Source: an uncultured Clostridia bacterium (lineage in GTDB: Bacteria > Bacillota > Clostridia > Christensenellales > Borkfalkiaceae). Taken from it: a stretch of 61,787 nucleotides of DNA. Shown here piece after piece: positions 26,505 to 36,210 of the stretch. The position numbers were made by a program, and so were the translations under genes. The stretch spans positions 1 through 61,787 of the forward strand of contig CAZUYN010000001.1 in NCBI GenBank assembly GCA_964624495.1, given 5' to 3'. The notes below the pieces were generated by a model that searched no databases, had not been told where the DNA came from, and saw only the letters and a program-made list of their open reading frames with translations. Every line of letters begins with the position of its first letter. The stretch's first letter is position 1.

Positions 26505-26540
26505 ATTGTAGCACGGACTTTTTTAAATATCAATATATTG
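26505..26540 (-). promoter_or_regulatory. Rubrerythrin promoter with overlapping AT palindrome (PerR/Fur-type operator candidate)
   Basis: Minus strand reads TTGATA (26528-26533), 17 nt, TGcTACAAT (26505-26513). The perfect palindrome CAATATATTG (26531-26540) overlaps the -35. Confidence 0.45.
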
Positions 26541-26579
26541 TATAAGATATTTTTTGTGAAATTTCAGTGAAAGGGCGCG

Positions 26580-27233
26580 TCAACCGTCCGATAAAATAAA
26601 TTCAAACAATTCGGGGTAGCTTTGCACGAAGTTTTCCGCCCCGACCTTTTGCAACTGCTCACGCGAGCGGAAGCCCCAGAGCGCCGAAGCGCACTTCATA
26701 CCTGCGTTACGCGCGGTCAAAACGTCGGTTTCGCCGTCCCCTATGAACAGACATTCGCAGGGCTTAGCCCCCGTTTGCGCCGCCACGGACAGGGTGAGCG
26801 TCGGGTCGGGCTTTAACGGGTATTCCTCCGTATTGCCTGCGACGATATCGAAGCCGAACGCGGCGAGGCGCCTTTTATATACGCCTTCGGTTGCCGCCTG
26901 CGGCTTATTGGTGACGACGGCAAGCTTAAAGCCGCGCGATTTCAGCCCCTTTAACGCCTCTTCCTCCCCGTCGTAAAGACGCGTAAGCGAGTTATCGCAG
27001 GAGGCGAATTTTTCGGCATAGTAAGAGTATATCTCTTCAAGCCGGTCGGAGGCGTATTCGGGTATCGCCCTTTCTATAAGCATCTTCGCGCCGTTTCCGA
27101 CGTATTCCACAGTCTTTTCCAAGGAGAGCGCGGGAAGGGAAAAGTGCGCAAGCGTATCGTTTAACACCCTGCATATATCGAGCGAGGTATCCAGCAACGT
27201 CCCGTCCAAATCGAAAATCAGCGTTTTAAACAT
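26580..27233 (-). CDS. HAD-superfamily hydrolase (phosphoglycolate phosphatase-like)
   Basis: Motif I FDLDGTLLDT, motif II VVTNK, motif III/IV GDGETD. Confidence 0.85.
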   Translation of the reverse strand: MFKTLIFDLDGTLLDTSLDICRVLNDTLAHFSLPALSLEKTVEYVGNGAKMLIERAIPEYASDRLEEIYSYYAEKFASCDNSLTRLYDGEEEALKGLKSRGFKLAVVTNKPQAATEGVYKRRLAAFGFDIVAGNTEEYPLKPDPTLTLSVAAQTGAKPCECLFIGDGETDVLTARNAGMKCASALWGFRSREQLQKVGAENFVQSYPELFEFILSDG

Positions 27234-27248
27234 AGCAAACCGATAAAA

Positions 27249-28934
27249 TCACATCTTTTCGGGCACGCCTATACCCAACAAGCCCAGTGCGTTTTTTAGC
27301 GTGCGGAAGGTAGCGGCGCAGAGGGCGAGCCTGAACGAGCGGGCGTCAGCGTCCTCCGCCGTTAGAATTTTGCAGTCGAAGTAGAACTTATTAAAGCGTT
27401 GCGCAAGGTCTACCGCGAAACGGGCTATTATGCTCGGCTCGTATTTCTCCCCCGCCTCCTTTACGGCTTCGGGGAAGGAAGAAAGCGCCCTTACCACCTC
27501 GTATTCCTGCGGCAAAAGGGAAATTTTTTCGGGGAGCGTATAATCGGTCGTCCCCGCCTTTTGAAGGACGGAATTGGCGCGCGCGCAGGTATACTGGCAG
27601 TAGACGCCCGTCTCCCCCTCGAAGGACAGCGCCTTGTCGTACGAAAAGACTATATCCTTGATTTTATTGTTGTATAAGGCGCCGAAAATTACCGAGCCTA
27701 CCCCCACCTTTTCGGCGGTTTCGTCCTTGTTTTCGAGGTCGGGATTTTTTTCGTCTATGACCTTATAAGCCTTGTCCACGCACTTTTGTATTACGTCTTC
27801 AAGCCAGACGACCTTGCCCTTTCTCGTGGACATCGCGCCGTCCTCCAGAGAAACCATTCCGTAAGCGACGTGAACCATATCCTTAGCCCAATCCTTGCCG
27901 AGCAGCTCCAACACCTTGAATATCTGCCTGAAATGCAGATTCTGCTGGTAAGCTACGACGTACAGGCATTTATGGAAGTCGTAGGTGGCTTTGCGGTAGT
28001 ACGCCGCCGCCAAATCGCGGGTGGCGTACAGCGAAGCGCCGTCGGAACGCAGTATAAGGCAGGGCGGCATACCGTACTCTTCGAGGTCTACGATTTTTGC
28101 GCCGTTGCTCTCCTTTAAAAGCCCCTTTTCTTCGAGCTCGTCTATGACGGGCTGCATTTTATCCGAATAAAACCTCTCCCCGTTATAGCTGTCGAATTTT
28201 ACGCCGAGGCGTTTATAAATCTTATCGACGTAGGCGAGGGTCAGCGATTTGAACCATTCGAAAATTTCGTTGGCTTCCCTGTCGCCGCTTTCGATAAGGC
28301 GGAAATATTCCCTTGCTTCGAGCTCCATTTCGGGCGTGGCTTCGTTATTGAAGCGGACGTAGAGGTCGTTCACGGCGTGAATGCCGCCGCGCTCTACCTC
28401 TTCCTTATTACCCCAATGCTTATATGCGCATATGAGCTTTCCGAACTGCGTGCCGTAATCGCCGAGGTGGTTTATGCCCACCACGTTATAGCCGAGGAAG
28501 CTGTAAATTTTATATAACGCGCCGCCGATGACGGTCGTCGAAAGATGACCTATGTGGAACGGCTTTGCAATATTGACCGACGAGTAGTCGATACAGATAG
28601 TCTTGCCCTCCCCTATCGCGGAAGATCCGTACTTTTCGCCCCCGTCAAGCACCTTGGCGACAGTTTCACGCGCGAACGCGGTCTTGTCGATTTTAAAATT
28701 CAGATAGCCGTTCAGCGCGGAGACCTCCGAAATAACCCCGTCGGGGGTAATTTTTTCAGCCAGCTCCTGCGCGACGGCGACGGGAGACTTGCGCAAGGTC
28801 TTTGCGAATTTAAAGCAGGGCAGCGCATAATCGCCCATATCGGGATTGGGCGGAACGGCTATACTTTCCGCAACGCCGTCCGCAGGCAGTCCGCACGCCG
28901 TAATTTTTTCAGCAATATATTTTTTATAATCCAT
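27249..28934 (-). CDS. argS: Arginine--tRNA ligase
   Basis: 561 aa with the HIGH-type motif PFHIGHL, an N-terminal Arg-tRNA-synthetase add-on domain and a C-terminal DALR anticodon-binding region. Confidence 0.93.
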   Translation of the reverse strand: MDYKKYIAEKITACGLPADGVAESIAVPPNPDMGDYALPCFKFAKTLRKSPVAVAQELAEKITPDGVISEVSALNGYLNFKIDKTAFARETVAKVLDGGEKYGSSAIGEGKTICIDYSSVNIAKPFHIGHLSTTVIGGALYKIYSFLGYNVVGINHLGDYGTQFGKLICAYKHWGNKEEVERGGIHAVNDLYVRFNNEATPEMELEAREYFRLIESGDREANEIFEWFKSLTLAYVDKIYKRLGVKFDSYNGERFYSDKMQPVIDELEEKGLLKESNGAKIVDLEEYGMPPCLILRSDGASLYATRDLAAAYYRKATYDFHKCLYVVAYQQNLHFRQIFKVLELLGKDWAKDMVHVAYGMVSLEDGAMSTRKGKVVWLEDVIQKCVDKAYKVIDEKNPDLENKDETAEKVGVGSVIFGALYNNKIKDIVFSYDKALSFEGETGVYCQYTCARANSVLQKAGTTDYTLPEKISLLPQEYEVVRALSSFPEAVKEAGEKYEPSIIARFAVDLAQRFNKFYFDCKILTAEDADARSFRLALCAATFRTLKNALGLLGIGVPEKM

Positions 28935-29046
28935 AACAGCCTAATTTTAGCATAAGTTTGAATTTAAGGCAAATAAAAGACTTGATTAAATGCGTTTAAT
29001 ATTATATAATTAATATGATTTTTAGTTTGAAAGTAAGGATTTGATT

Positions 29047-30147
29047 ATGAAATTAGGCGTAGTAGGTCTGCCCAACGTGGGCAAATCGACACTGTTCAAC
29101 GCTATAACGCATGCCGGCGCGGAAGCCGCCAATTACCCCTTTTGCACCATAGAGCCGAACGTAGGCGTGGTCGCCGTTCCCGACGAACGGCTGGACAAGC
29201 TGGGGGCGCTGTATTCGAGCAAAAAGATTACGCCGGCAATCGTCGAATTCGTCGATATCGCCGGGCTCGTAAAAGGGGCTTCACGCGGAGAAGGTCTGGG
29301 CAACAAGTTCCTTTCGCACATACGCGAATGCGACGCGATTGTACACGTCGTCCGTTGCTTCGAGGACGCCAACGTCACGCACGTCAGCAATAAAATCGAC
29401 CCCGTTGACGACATAACCACCGTCCGGTTAGAGCTTATACTTGCCGACATAGAGACGGTGAACAAGCGCGGGGACAGAATACGCAACGCCGCAAGGGGCG
29501 GCGCAAACAAAGAAGCCGCCGCCGAATACGCGCTTTTAGAGCGGTTGGAAAAATTTTTAACCGGGGAAAAGCCCGCGAGACTGTTCAAATGCGACGAGAC
29601 TGAAAAGCCGTATCTGGACAACCTCTTCCTCCTGACCGCAAAGCCCGTCATCTACGCCGCGAACATATCCGAATTAGATATGGGCAAGGACGAGGACGAA
29701 ATTCCGTCGGTCGTAAAGGTCAAGCAGTTCGCCGCCCAAGAGGGCAGCGAGGTTCTGACTATCTGCGCAAAGACCGAAGAGGAGCTTTCGCGGATGGAGC
29801 CCGAAGAGAGCGCAATGTTTTTGGAAGAGCTCGGACTTAAAGAGAGCGGACTGAACAGGCTTATCAAAAAGAGCTACCGCCTTTTGGGGCTTATCTCCTA
29901 CCTCACCGCGGGAGAAAAAGAGACGAGAGCCTGGACGATTACCGAAGGCACCAAAGCGCCCCGTGCGGCGGGAGTAATTCACACCGACTTCGAAAAGGGC
30001 TTTATAAGGGCGGAAGTCGTCGATTACGCGACCCTTTTGGAATGCGGCGGACTTGCCGGCGCGCGCGAAAAGGGCAAAGTGCGCTCCGAGGGCAAGGAAT
30101 ACGTCGTCAAGGACGGCGACGTTATTTTATTCAGGTTTAACGTTTAA
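29047..30147 (+). CDS. ychF: Redox-regulated ribosome-binding ATPase YchF
   Basis: G1 GLPNVGKST and NxxE-type specificity, with a C-terminal TGS-like domain (...IHTDFEKGFIRAEV...). A TTGATT-17-TATAAT promoter lies upstream. Confidence 0.93.
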   Translation: MKLGVVGLPNVGKSTLFNAITHAGAEAANYPFCTIEPNVGVVAVPDERLDKLGALYSSKKITPAIVEFVDIAGLVKGASRGEGLGNKFLSHIRECDAIVHVVRCFEDANVTHVSNKIDPVDDITTVRLELILADIETVNKRGDRIRNAARGGANKEAAAEYALLERLEKFLTGEKPARLFKCDETEKPYLDNLFLLTAKPVIYAANISELDMGKDEDEIPSVVKVKQFAAQEGSEVLTICAKTEEELSRMEPEESAMFLEELGLKESGLNRLIKKSYRLLGLISYLTAGEKETRAWTITEGTKAPRAAGVIHTDFEKGFIRAEVVDYATLLECGGLAGAREKGKVRSEGKEYVVKDGDVILFRFNV

Positions 30148-30229
30148 CCTATGCGGACGGACGGGCTTGTCCCGACCGCGCAAAACACGTTTTAATCAGC
30201 ATATCCTCCTAAAAATAAAAGGCGACAAG

Positions 30230-30263
30230 GTACGGGGCGCTTGCGTTTGCAAGCGCCCCGTAC
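30230..30263. terminator. Bidirectional terminator between ychF and the convergent ABC importer operon
   Basis: Perfect 15-bp stem GTACGGGGCGCTTGC / GCAAGCGCCCCGTAC with a 4-nt loop and T-rich tracts on both sides. Confidence 0.8.
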
Positions 30264-30268
30264 TGACT

Positions 30269-30925
30269 TTATTTGCGTCCGAGCATAACGGCGACAAGCT
30301 CTTCGCGCAGGGCGGAGCCTGCGCCGAACTGCCCGTCAGGCACACGGTTATAGTCTGCCATGATTTTTCCGCCGCTTATTATAACTATTCTGTCGGAAAG
30401 ATACAGCGCCTCGTCGATATCGTGCGTGACGAAAAGCGCGCCCCTGCCGCTCTCCTCCCTCAGCTCTCTGAACAAATCCATAACCGAAAGCTTGGTCTTT
30501 AAATCGAGCGACGAAAAGGGTTCGTCCATTAAAACGACTTCGGCGGGGCAGATAAAAGCGCGGCAGAGCGCTACCCTTTGCCGTTCTCCCCCCGACAGCC
30601 GCGACGGGTAGGAATTGATTTTGCCTCCGAGCCCGACGCGGCTTAAAAGCCGTTTTGACTCTTCCTCCTCCGCGCCGATTAACTTCAAATTGCCCAAAGC
30701 GGTCAGGTTGGGGACGAGCCTCGGCGTCTGGAACACGCAGGACAATTTTACGGGGGTAATTTCCCCCGTATACGGAACAAGGGAAGAAACCGCGTTGAGC
30801 AGCGTCGTCTTGCCGCAACCGCTTTCGCCCAGAATACAGGTCACCTTTTTATCGTCGGTTTCAAGACTGAAATCCCGATACACAACGTTTTGCCCGTATG
30901 ATACGCTCAAATTTTTAATCTGCAT
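30269..30925 (-). CDS. ABC importer ATP-binding protein (NitT/TauT-type)
   Basis: Walker A GESGCGKTT, signature LSGGERQR, Walker B VLMDEPFSSLD. ATG 30925 (MQIKNLSVSY) overlaps the permease stop by 11 nt. Confidence 0.88.
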   Translation of the reverse strand: MQIKNLSVSYGQNVVYRDFSLETDDKKVTCILGESGCGKTTLLNAVSSLVPYTGEITPVKLSCVFQTPRLVPNLTALGNLKLIGAEEEESKRLLSRVGLGGKINSYPSRLSGGERQRVALCRAFICPAEVVLMDEPFSSLDLKTKLSVMDLFRELREESGRGALFVTHDIDEALYLSDRIVIISGGKIMADYNRVPDGQFGAGSALREELVAVMLGRK

Positions 30926-31694
30926 CGGCGCACCCCCTTGCCCACGGGAACGCGAGCCTTGAAATAAGGTTAAAGACGAGCTCGACGGCAATGCCGAAGA
31001 TGACGGCAAACAGAGTCAGCGCCGCAAGTCGGGGCAGACTGTATACGACGGCTTCGCTCATCATTCCGCCCAGCGCGGTATAGGTGGAAGCCATTACCTC
31101 CGCCGAAATGATGAGCTTTATCCCGAACGACAGATTTGCGCCCGTCTGCGCGACGAGCTGCGGAGCCATTCTCATAAGATATATCTGCGTAAATACGCGG
31201 AGCCTTTTGACCTTATACACCTTTGCCATTTGCAGCAACCCGACGTCCACCCCCGCCGCGTCCTGTAAAAGCTGGCTGTAACACATGGGAAACAGTACCA
31301 GAAACGCGACTGTGACGGGCGCCGTGCGCGGCGTTGACCAGACTAAAATCAGCAACAGCACCGCCATCGTGGGGAGCGAGCGGAATACCGCCGCAACCGG
31401 ACGCATAAACGCGGCAAAGGGCTTGAATACCGACGAGAGCGCGGCGCACGCCGCCGCTGCCGCGAACGATACCAAAAAGGCGATAAGCGTCCTTAACAGC
31501 GTTGCGCCGAAAGCTTTCCAGAAAAAGCGCATGCCGAAGAGCGAGAAAAACTGTTTAACGGCTTCGCCGAACGGCGGCACGAGATATTCGTTTTTAACCG
31601 CAGCCGCGGCGATTATCCATACAAGCCACATAAGGACGACCGCCGTTGCCGAAGCGAGAATATTAAGTTTGTTATCACTTAAAAACTTTTTCAT
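30915..31694 (-). CDS. ABC importer permease (NitT/TauT-type, BPD_transp_1)
   Basis: Six hydrophobic segments and an EAA-like loop region (...MAKVYKVKRLRVFTQIYL...). Confidence 0.85.
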   Translation of the reverse strand: MKKFLSDNKLNILASATAVVLMWLVWIIAAAAVKNEYLVPPFGEAVKQFFSLFGMRFFWKAFGATLLRTLIAFLVSFAAAAACAALSSVFKPFAAFMRPVAAVFRSLPTMAVLLLILVWSTPRTAPVTVAFLVLFPMCYSQLLQDAAGVDVGLLQMAKVYKVKRLRVFTQIYLMRMAPQLVAQTGANLSFGIKLIISAEVMASTYTALGGMMSEAVVYSLPRLAALTLFAVIFGIAVELVFNLISRLAFPWARGCADAD

Positions 31695-31712
31695 TTAAAA
31701 TATTGCTTCGGT

Positions 31713-32726
31713 TTACGATAGTCCGTAGAAGAAAGCGTCGGAGGGCGTTCCCCAGCTCTGCGCCGAAACGGCGTTGAGCTTTTGCATTATATCCAGAACG
31801 CTTTGTTTGCCCTCCGCGTTGGATACGAAGCTTATACTGCTGTTTGCAATTACCGTCTTGTTCAGATTATCCGCCGTGAACTGGGACGCAAGGTCGCCGT
31901 CCATATGAGACGACAGGGCGGACAATATAGTTTCCGCCGCGGTCGTCTCCGCATTTATCCAGCTTTGGTTGGCTTCGAGCGCGGCGATGAAGCTTTCGGC
32001 CGCTTCGGGGTCGTTTGCAATCACCGAGCTTTTGGCTACCGCGACAGCCTGCGGATAGCCGCCCTCGCCGCCGTACAGGGTCTGTAAGCTCGCCGCAACC
32101 GAAAGCTGTCCGCCCGTTGCGTTGACCTTGGTCGTCGCGATAGGCTCGGCAACTATGAAATAATCGCATTCGCTGTTGGTCGGCACTACTTCGGTAGCCG
32201 CGGAAATAGCCTTCAAATTGACCTTGTCCGCTACGGGCTCGGCGCCGTCGGTGAGCTGGTTGTATTCGATATTATACTGTTGAAGAATGACCTTAAACAT
32301 CAGCCCGGGGACGTTGGCGAGGTTGATTATGCCCACCGTCTTTCCCGTAAGCGACGAAAGGTTGTCGGCGGTTATATCTTCCCCTCCCGTTTTCTTTAAC
32401 AGGTAAAGGTTGCCGTGGGTGACCGTGCCCAGCATTTTATAATTTTCTCCGCCGCCGAGGAGCTTTACCGCGGCGTTGACGGGAATAATTGCGAAATCGG
32501 CTTGGGGATTTTCTCCCGTGACGTAAGCCGTTATGGTATCCGCCTTGACTATCCGTACGTCGTAGCCGGAATTATCGTCTGCGCAGACCTTAGCGAGCGC
32601 GAGCGCGGGCGCGCCGTCGGGGGCGTATACCGTATACCCGTCGCCGCCTTTATTGCAGGCACAAATCCCGAGGCACAACCCCACGGTCATTACGACCGCG
32701 CATAAAACTGTTAAAAACTTCTTCAT
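31713..32726 (-). CDS. ABC importer substrate-binding lipoprotein (NMT1/THI5- or SsuA-like)
   Basis: Signal peptide with a Cys-containing lipobox-like end (LCLGICAC). The mature domain has the size and pattern typical of NitT/TauT-family binding proteins. SD AAAGGAG. Confidence 0.75.
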   Translation of the reverse strand: MKKFLTVLCAVVMTVGLCLGICACNKGGDGYTVYAPDGAPALALAKVCADDNSGYDVRIVKADTITAYVTGENPQADFAIIPVNAAVKLLGGGENYKMLGTVTHGNLYLLKKTGGEDITADNLSSLTGKTVGIINLANVPGLMFKVILQQYNIEYNQLTDGAEPVADKVNLKAISAATEVVPTNSECDYFIVAEPIATTKVNATGGQLSVAASLQTLYGGEGGYPQAVAVAKSSVIANDPEAAESFIAALEANQSWINAETTAAETILSALSSHMDGDLASQFTADNLNKTVIANSSISFVSNAEGKQSVLDIMQKLNAVSAQSWGTPSDAFFYGLS

Positions 32727-32899
32727 TTAATCACTCCTTTCGGCGTCAGGTTAAGCCCTTCCGCCTCAAATTTATTATCGTTAGAAAAGGCGCCGCATAA
32801 CCGTTCGGAATGCCACGGCGACACAAGCCGCCGCGCAGCGACGGTTCACGTTTGACTTGCGATAAGCTCGTTAAGCAATAAAGTAATTAAGAAACGTAG

Positions 32900-33154
32900 T
32901 CAAGGCGTCGCCTTGCTTACGACGGTTTTTGCGGACACCCCGTCCAGCATACCTATCTTGCCCGTAATGGAATTGATGACCTCCACGGGCGCGTCTACCG
33001 CGACGCAGATGACCGAAACGCCCTTCTGCCTGTACGGTATTCCCATTCTGCCGACGGCGTATTCGCCGTATTCGGACAGCACCGCGTTGATTTGCGGACT
33101 TACTTCGCGCTTTTCCACTATTATCGAAATGATTGCAAGTCGGTTTTCAGACAT
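32900..33154 (-). CDS. Small ACT/NikR-C-like regulator resembling the TM1266 'iron-only hydrogenase system regulator' family
   Basis: 84 aa: RLAIISIIVEKRE...INAVLSEYGEYAVGRMGIPYRQKGVSVICVAVDAP...ITGKIGMLDGVSAKT. This matches my recollection of TIGR03959-type proteins and has not been checked by search. Confidence 0.55.
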   Translation of the reverse strand: MSENRLAIISIIVEKREVSPQINAVLSEYGEYAVGRMGIPYRQKGVSVICVAVDAPVEVINSITGKIGMLDGVSAKTVVSKATP

Positions 33155-33305
33155 AAAAATCCCCCTCTTCGCCTCGGAGAAGGGGATAATTTTTGTGCGT
33201 TTGCAGACTGCAAGCCGTAATTTATTAACCCTCTTTACCCTCAGGCGAACCTTTGAATTCAGATAGATTTATTTTAATACAAATCTGCCTTGTTGGCAAG
33301 CGTTT

Positions 33306-35531
33306 TTATCTTTTATTGTAATTTATAAGACAGCCTTTGAGTATTATCTGCCTTTCCTCGTCGGTCAGCGCGCCGATTGTAAGGTAGATATCCTTTACCT
33401 TTCCGCCAGAAATATGCTTTGCGCATACGGTCTTTTCGCTGTTCATAACGAAGTCTGCGGCGTTTTCTATATAGACGTAGTCGCCGACGGAGAAATCGAA
33501 TTTTTTGCAGATTAAGGGCAGCATACCCCAGTTTATAAGGTTGGAGCGGTAGCGTTTGGTCGCGTATTCGAGCGCGATATTGGCAACGCCGCCGAGCACG
33601 CGCTGGCAGGAAGCCGCCTGTTCGCGCGCGGAACCGTCGCCCGGTTTTTTAGCCGCGACGCAGCTGCCGAGCATAGCGGTTTTATCTATATCGGCGCCCA
33701 CCGCCTTTAAAACCTCATCGGGCAGAACGCCGCTTGCCCTTCTCTCCGCCTCGGCGTTTTTTATCTCCTTTGCCCTTGAAACATATCCCGGGTCTTTACG
33801 GGAGAGCGCAAATTCGGCAAGCCTTAAAGGATTGGAACGGTACGAAGAGGTTTCGCCCGAAGGAATCAGCTCGTCCGTGGTGGTGACGGGGTCGTTGATG
33901 ACCGACGCTATATTTATGAGCAAATTCTGCGCCAGAGGCAGTTGCTCGGGCCAGTCGGCTATATTGTTGCCGTATACAAGCCCGGTCTGCGGCTCGGGGT
34001 TGCCTGCGCCGCGGTAAACGCGCTTGGCATAAATTTCGCCGTCGAAATAATATTTTTTGAATTTTTTAGTATATTCCGCTTCGGTTGCGGGGGTAAGTCT
34101 GCCGCCGTTAGCCGCCGTTGCGGCGACAGAGCGAGCGTCCATAAGCGCGACTGCGGAAAGCTGTCCTTCCCCGGGCTTGCTGCCCTCCCTGTTTTCGAAA
34201 TTGCGCGTAGTATGGCGGATTGAAAGCGCGTTGTCCGCAGGAGTATCGCCCGCGCCGAAGCAAGGTCCGCAGAAGGCGGTCTTAACCACAGCCCCGGCGG
34301 AGAGCAAGCCCGAAACGTAGCCGTTATCCGCCAGCGATTTATATACGGGAACAGACTGCGGATAGACGCTCAACGCAAATTCGCCGTTGCCGCAGGAGGA
34401 ATTTTTAAGTATTTCCGCGGCTTCCGCGATATTTTCGTAAGAGCCGCCTGCGCAGCCCGCTATTATGCCCTGGTCTACCCATACGCCGCCGTCCCTGATT
34501 TTATCGGTAAGCTTAAACGGCGCGGAGCCCGCCTTTTTGAGAGCGTTGCCTTTTTTTTCAACTTCGCCGAGTATATCGGCGGCGTTTTCGATAAATTCCT
34601 TTATAGTATACGCGTTGGACGGGTGGAACGGCAGGGCTATCATCGGCTCTATACGGGATAAATCTATTACCACAGCGCCGTCGTAGTAGGCAGGGTCGGC
34701 AGGGTGCATTTCCTTAAAATCGCCCTCTCTGCCGTGCAATTTATAAAATTCCTTAACCGTTTCGTCGGTTTCCCATATGGAGCTGAGGCATGCCGTTTCG
34801 GTCGTCATAACGTCTATGCCGCTTCTGAAATCCATGGAAAGGTTTTTTATCCCGGGTCCGACGAACTCCAAAATCTTATTCTTCACAAAGCCGTTTTTGA
34901 AGGTCGCGCCGACGAGGGCGATCGCCACGTCGTGCGGACCGACGCCCTTCTTGGGCTTGCCTTTGAGATATACCGCCACTATCTGCGGACGGGAGATATC
35001 GTACGTCTGCCCGAGGAGCTGTTTTACAAGCTCGGGTCCGCCCTCGCCCACCGCCATCGTGCCAAACGCGCCGTAACGGGTGTGGCTGTCGGAGCCCAAT
35101 ATCATTTTACCGCAGGCGGCTTCGCATTCGCGCATATACTGGTGGATAACCGCAAGGTGCGCGGGGACGTAATTGCCGCCGTATTTTTTTGCGGCGGAGA
35201 GCCCGAAGACGTGGTCGTCCTCGTTTATCGTGCCGCCCACGGCGCACAGGGAATTGTGGCAGTTGGTAAGCGTATAAGGTATGGGAAAACGCGTCAGTCC
35301 CGAAGCCTTAGCCGTCTGGATAATGCCGACGTAGGTTATATCGTGCGAAGCCAACGCGTCGAAGGAAATCCTCAGGTTGTCGGCGTCGCCCTTGTTATGG
35401 CTCTGCAATACGTTATACGCAAGCGTACCCCGTATAGCCTTTTGCTTCTGCGCTTCCAGCATAAAGGCGTGGTTTTCCCTTACGAGTTTGCCCTGCATAT
35501 AGTAAACGCCGCCCTTAATCAGCTTTATCAT
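33306..35531 (-). CDS. Aconitase-family Fe-S hydratase (741 aa, catalytic + swivel domains fused)
   Basis: Aconitase-type motifs [15 protein letters not shown] and CGPCFGAGD (cluster ligands). SD ACGGAGAC. Confidence 0.8.
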   Translation of the reverse strand: MIKLIKGGVYYMQGKLVRENHAFMLEAQKQKAIRGTLAYNVLQSHNKGDADNLRISFDALASHDITYVGIIQTAKASGLTRFPIPYTLTNCHNSLCAVGGTINEDDHVFGLSAAKKYGGNYVPAHLAVIHQYMRECEAACGKMILGSDSHTRYGAFGTMAVGEGGPELVKQLLGQTYDISRPQIVAVYLKGKPKKGVGPHDVAIALVGATFKNGFVKNKILEFVGPGIKNLSMDFRSGIDVMTTETACLSSIWETDETVKEFYKLHGREGDFKEMHPADPAYYDGAVVIDLSRIEPMIALPFHPSNAYTIKEFIENAADILGEVEKKGNALKKAGSAPFKLTDKIRDGGVWVDQGIIAGCAGGSYENIAEAAEILKNSSCGNGEFALSVYPQSVPVYKSLADNGYVSGLLSAGAVVKTAFCGPCFGAGDTPADNALSIRHTTRNFENREGSKPGEGQLSAVALMDARSVAATAANGGRLTPATEAEYTKKFKKYYFDGEIYAKRVYRGAGNPEPQTGLVYGNNIADWPEQLPLAQNLLINIASVINDPVTTTDELIPSGETSSYRSNPLRLAEFALSRKDPGYVSRAKEIKNAEAERRASGVLPDEVLKAVGADIDKTAMLGSCVAAKKPGDGSAREQAASCQRVLGGVANIALEYATKRYRSNLINWGMLPLICKKFDFSVGDYVYIENAADFVMNSEKTVCAKHISGGKVKDIYLTIGALTDEERQIILKGCLINYNKR

Positions 35532-35632
35532 TGAACCGTCTCCGTTAAAATTTTCAAGTCAATTATATATCATTTTACAGCATTATGAAATATTTTTCAA
35601 CTCTTTACGGTATAAAAATACATATCTTTATG

Positions 35633-35661
35633 TTGCCTTTTCCGCGATATTGGTTTATAAT
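35633..35661 (+). promoter_or_regulatory. Sigma-A-type promoter abutting the start codon of the next gene
   Basis: TTGCCT (35633-35638), 17 nt, TATAAT (35656-35661). ATG at 35668 is 6 nt downstream and there is no SD. Confidence 0.5.
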
Positions 35662-35667
35662 CTGAGT

Positions 35668-36153
35668 ATGAAGAAATTCAAATATAAATTTTCGCGCCTG
35701 ACAACGGCGCTTATATACGTCGGTCTGGCGCTGAGCGCGGCGGGCTTTGCCGTAAACCTTTACTACTGCATAACCAACGGCATAAAGCAGGCTGCCGACC
35801 CCGTCTACCCCATTTTGCAATATGCGATTATGTTCTTTGTGACGGTAGCCCTTTTCGCGCTCCTTATAAGCGTTTTGCTCTCCTCTTGCTATATTATCGA
35901 CGGAAAATACTTCAAGACCAAATTCGGGTTTATCGTCAGCAAATACGACGTGCAGACCATAGACAGCATTGTGGACGACAAAAAGACGGGCAAACTGACG
36001 GTCACGTTCGAAAACGGTCAGTATATCGTTATAGTCGTCAAGCAGGAATGGTACAACGACTTTATAGAGGCTCTTCTTGCGGTCAACCGCGGTATAGAGT
36101 ATTCCATAATTTCCCTCGACAAAGACGACGTCGACCGCGATAAAAAATCTTAA
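35668..36153 (+). CDS. Membrane protein with two N-terminal TM helices and a PH-like (bPH-type) C-terminal domain, unknown function
   Basis: Helices LTTALIYVGLALSAAGFAV and ILQYAIMFFVTVALFALLISVLL are followed by a soluble domain (YIIDGKYFKTKFGFIVSKYDVQTIDSI...). Confidence 0.5.
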   Translation: MKKFKYKFSRLTTALIYVGLALSAAGFAVNLYYCITNGIKQAADPVYPILQYAIMFFVTVALFALLISVLLSSCYIIDGKYFKTKFGFIVSKYDVQTIDSIVDDKKTGKLTVTFENGQYIVIVVKQEWYNDFIEALLAVNRGIEYSIISLDKDDVDRDKKS

Positions 36154-36210
36154 TAAACGCCATATATAAAAATTAAGACGGTTTCCGCCCACTCGGAAGC
36201 CGTCTGTTTT

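Noticed and set aside
32727-32899. TPP (THI-box) riboswitch upstream of the NMT1/THI5-like binding-protein gene
   Set aside because: An AACCTGA element is present near the SD. The obligatory CTGAGA element and the paired GGGG/ACCC helices are absent, so the spacer is structured but not a recognisable THI-box.
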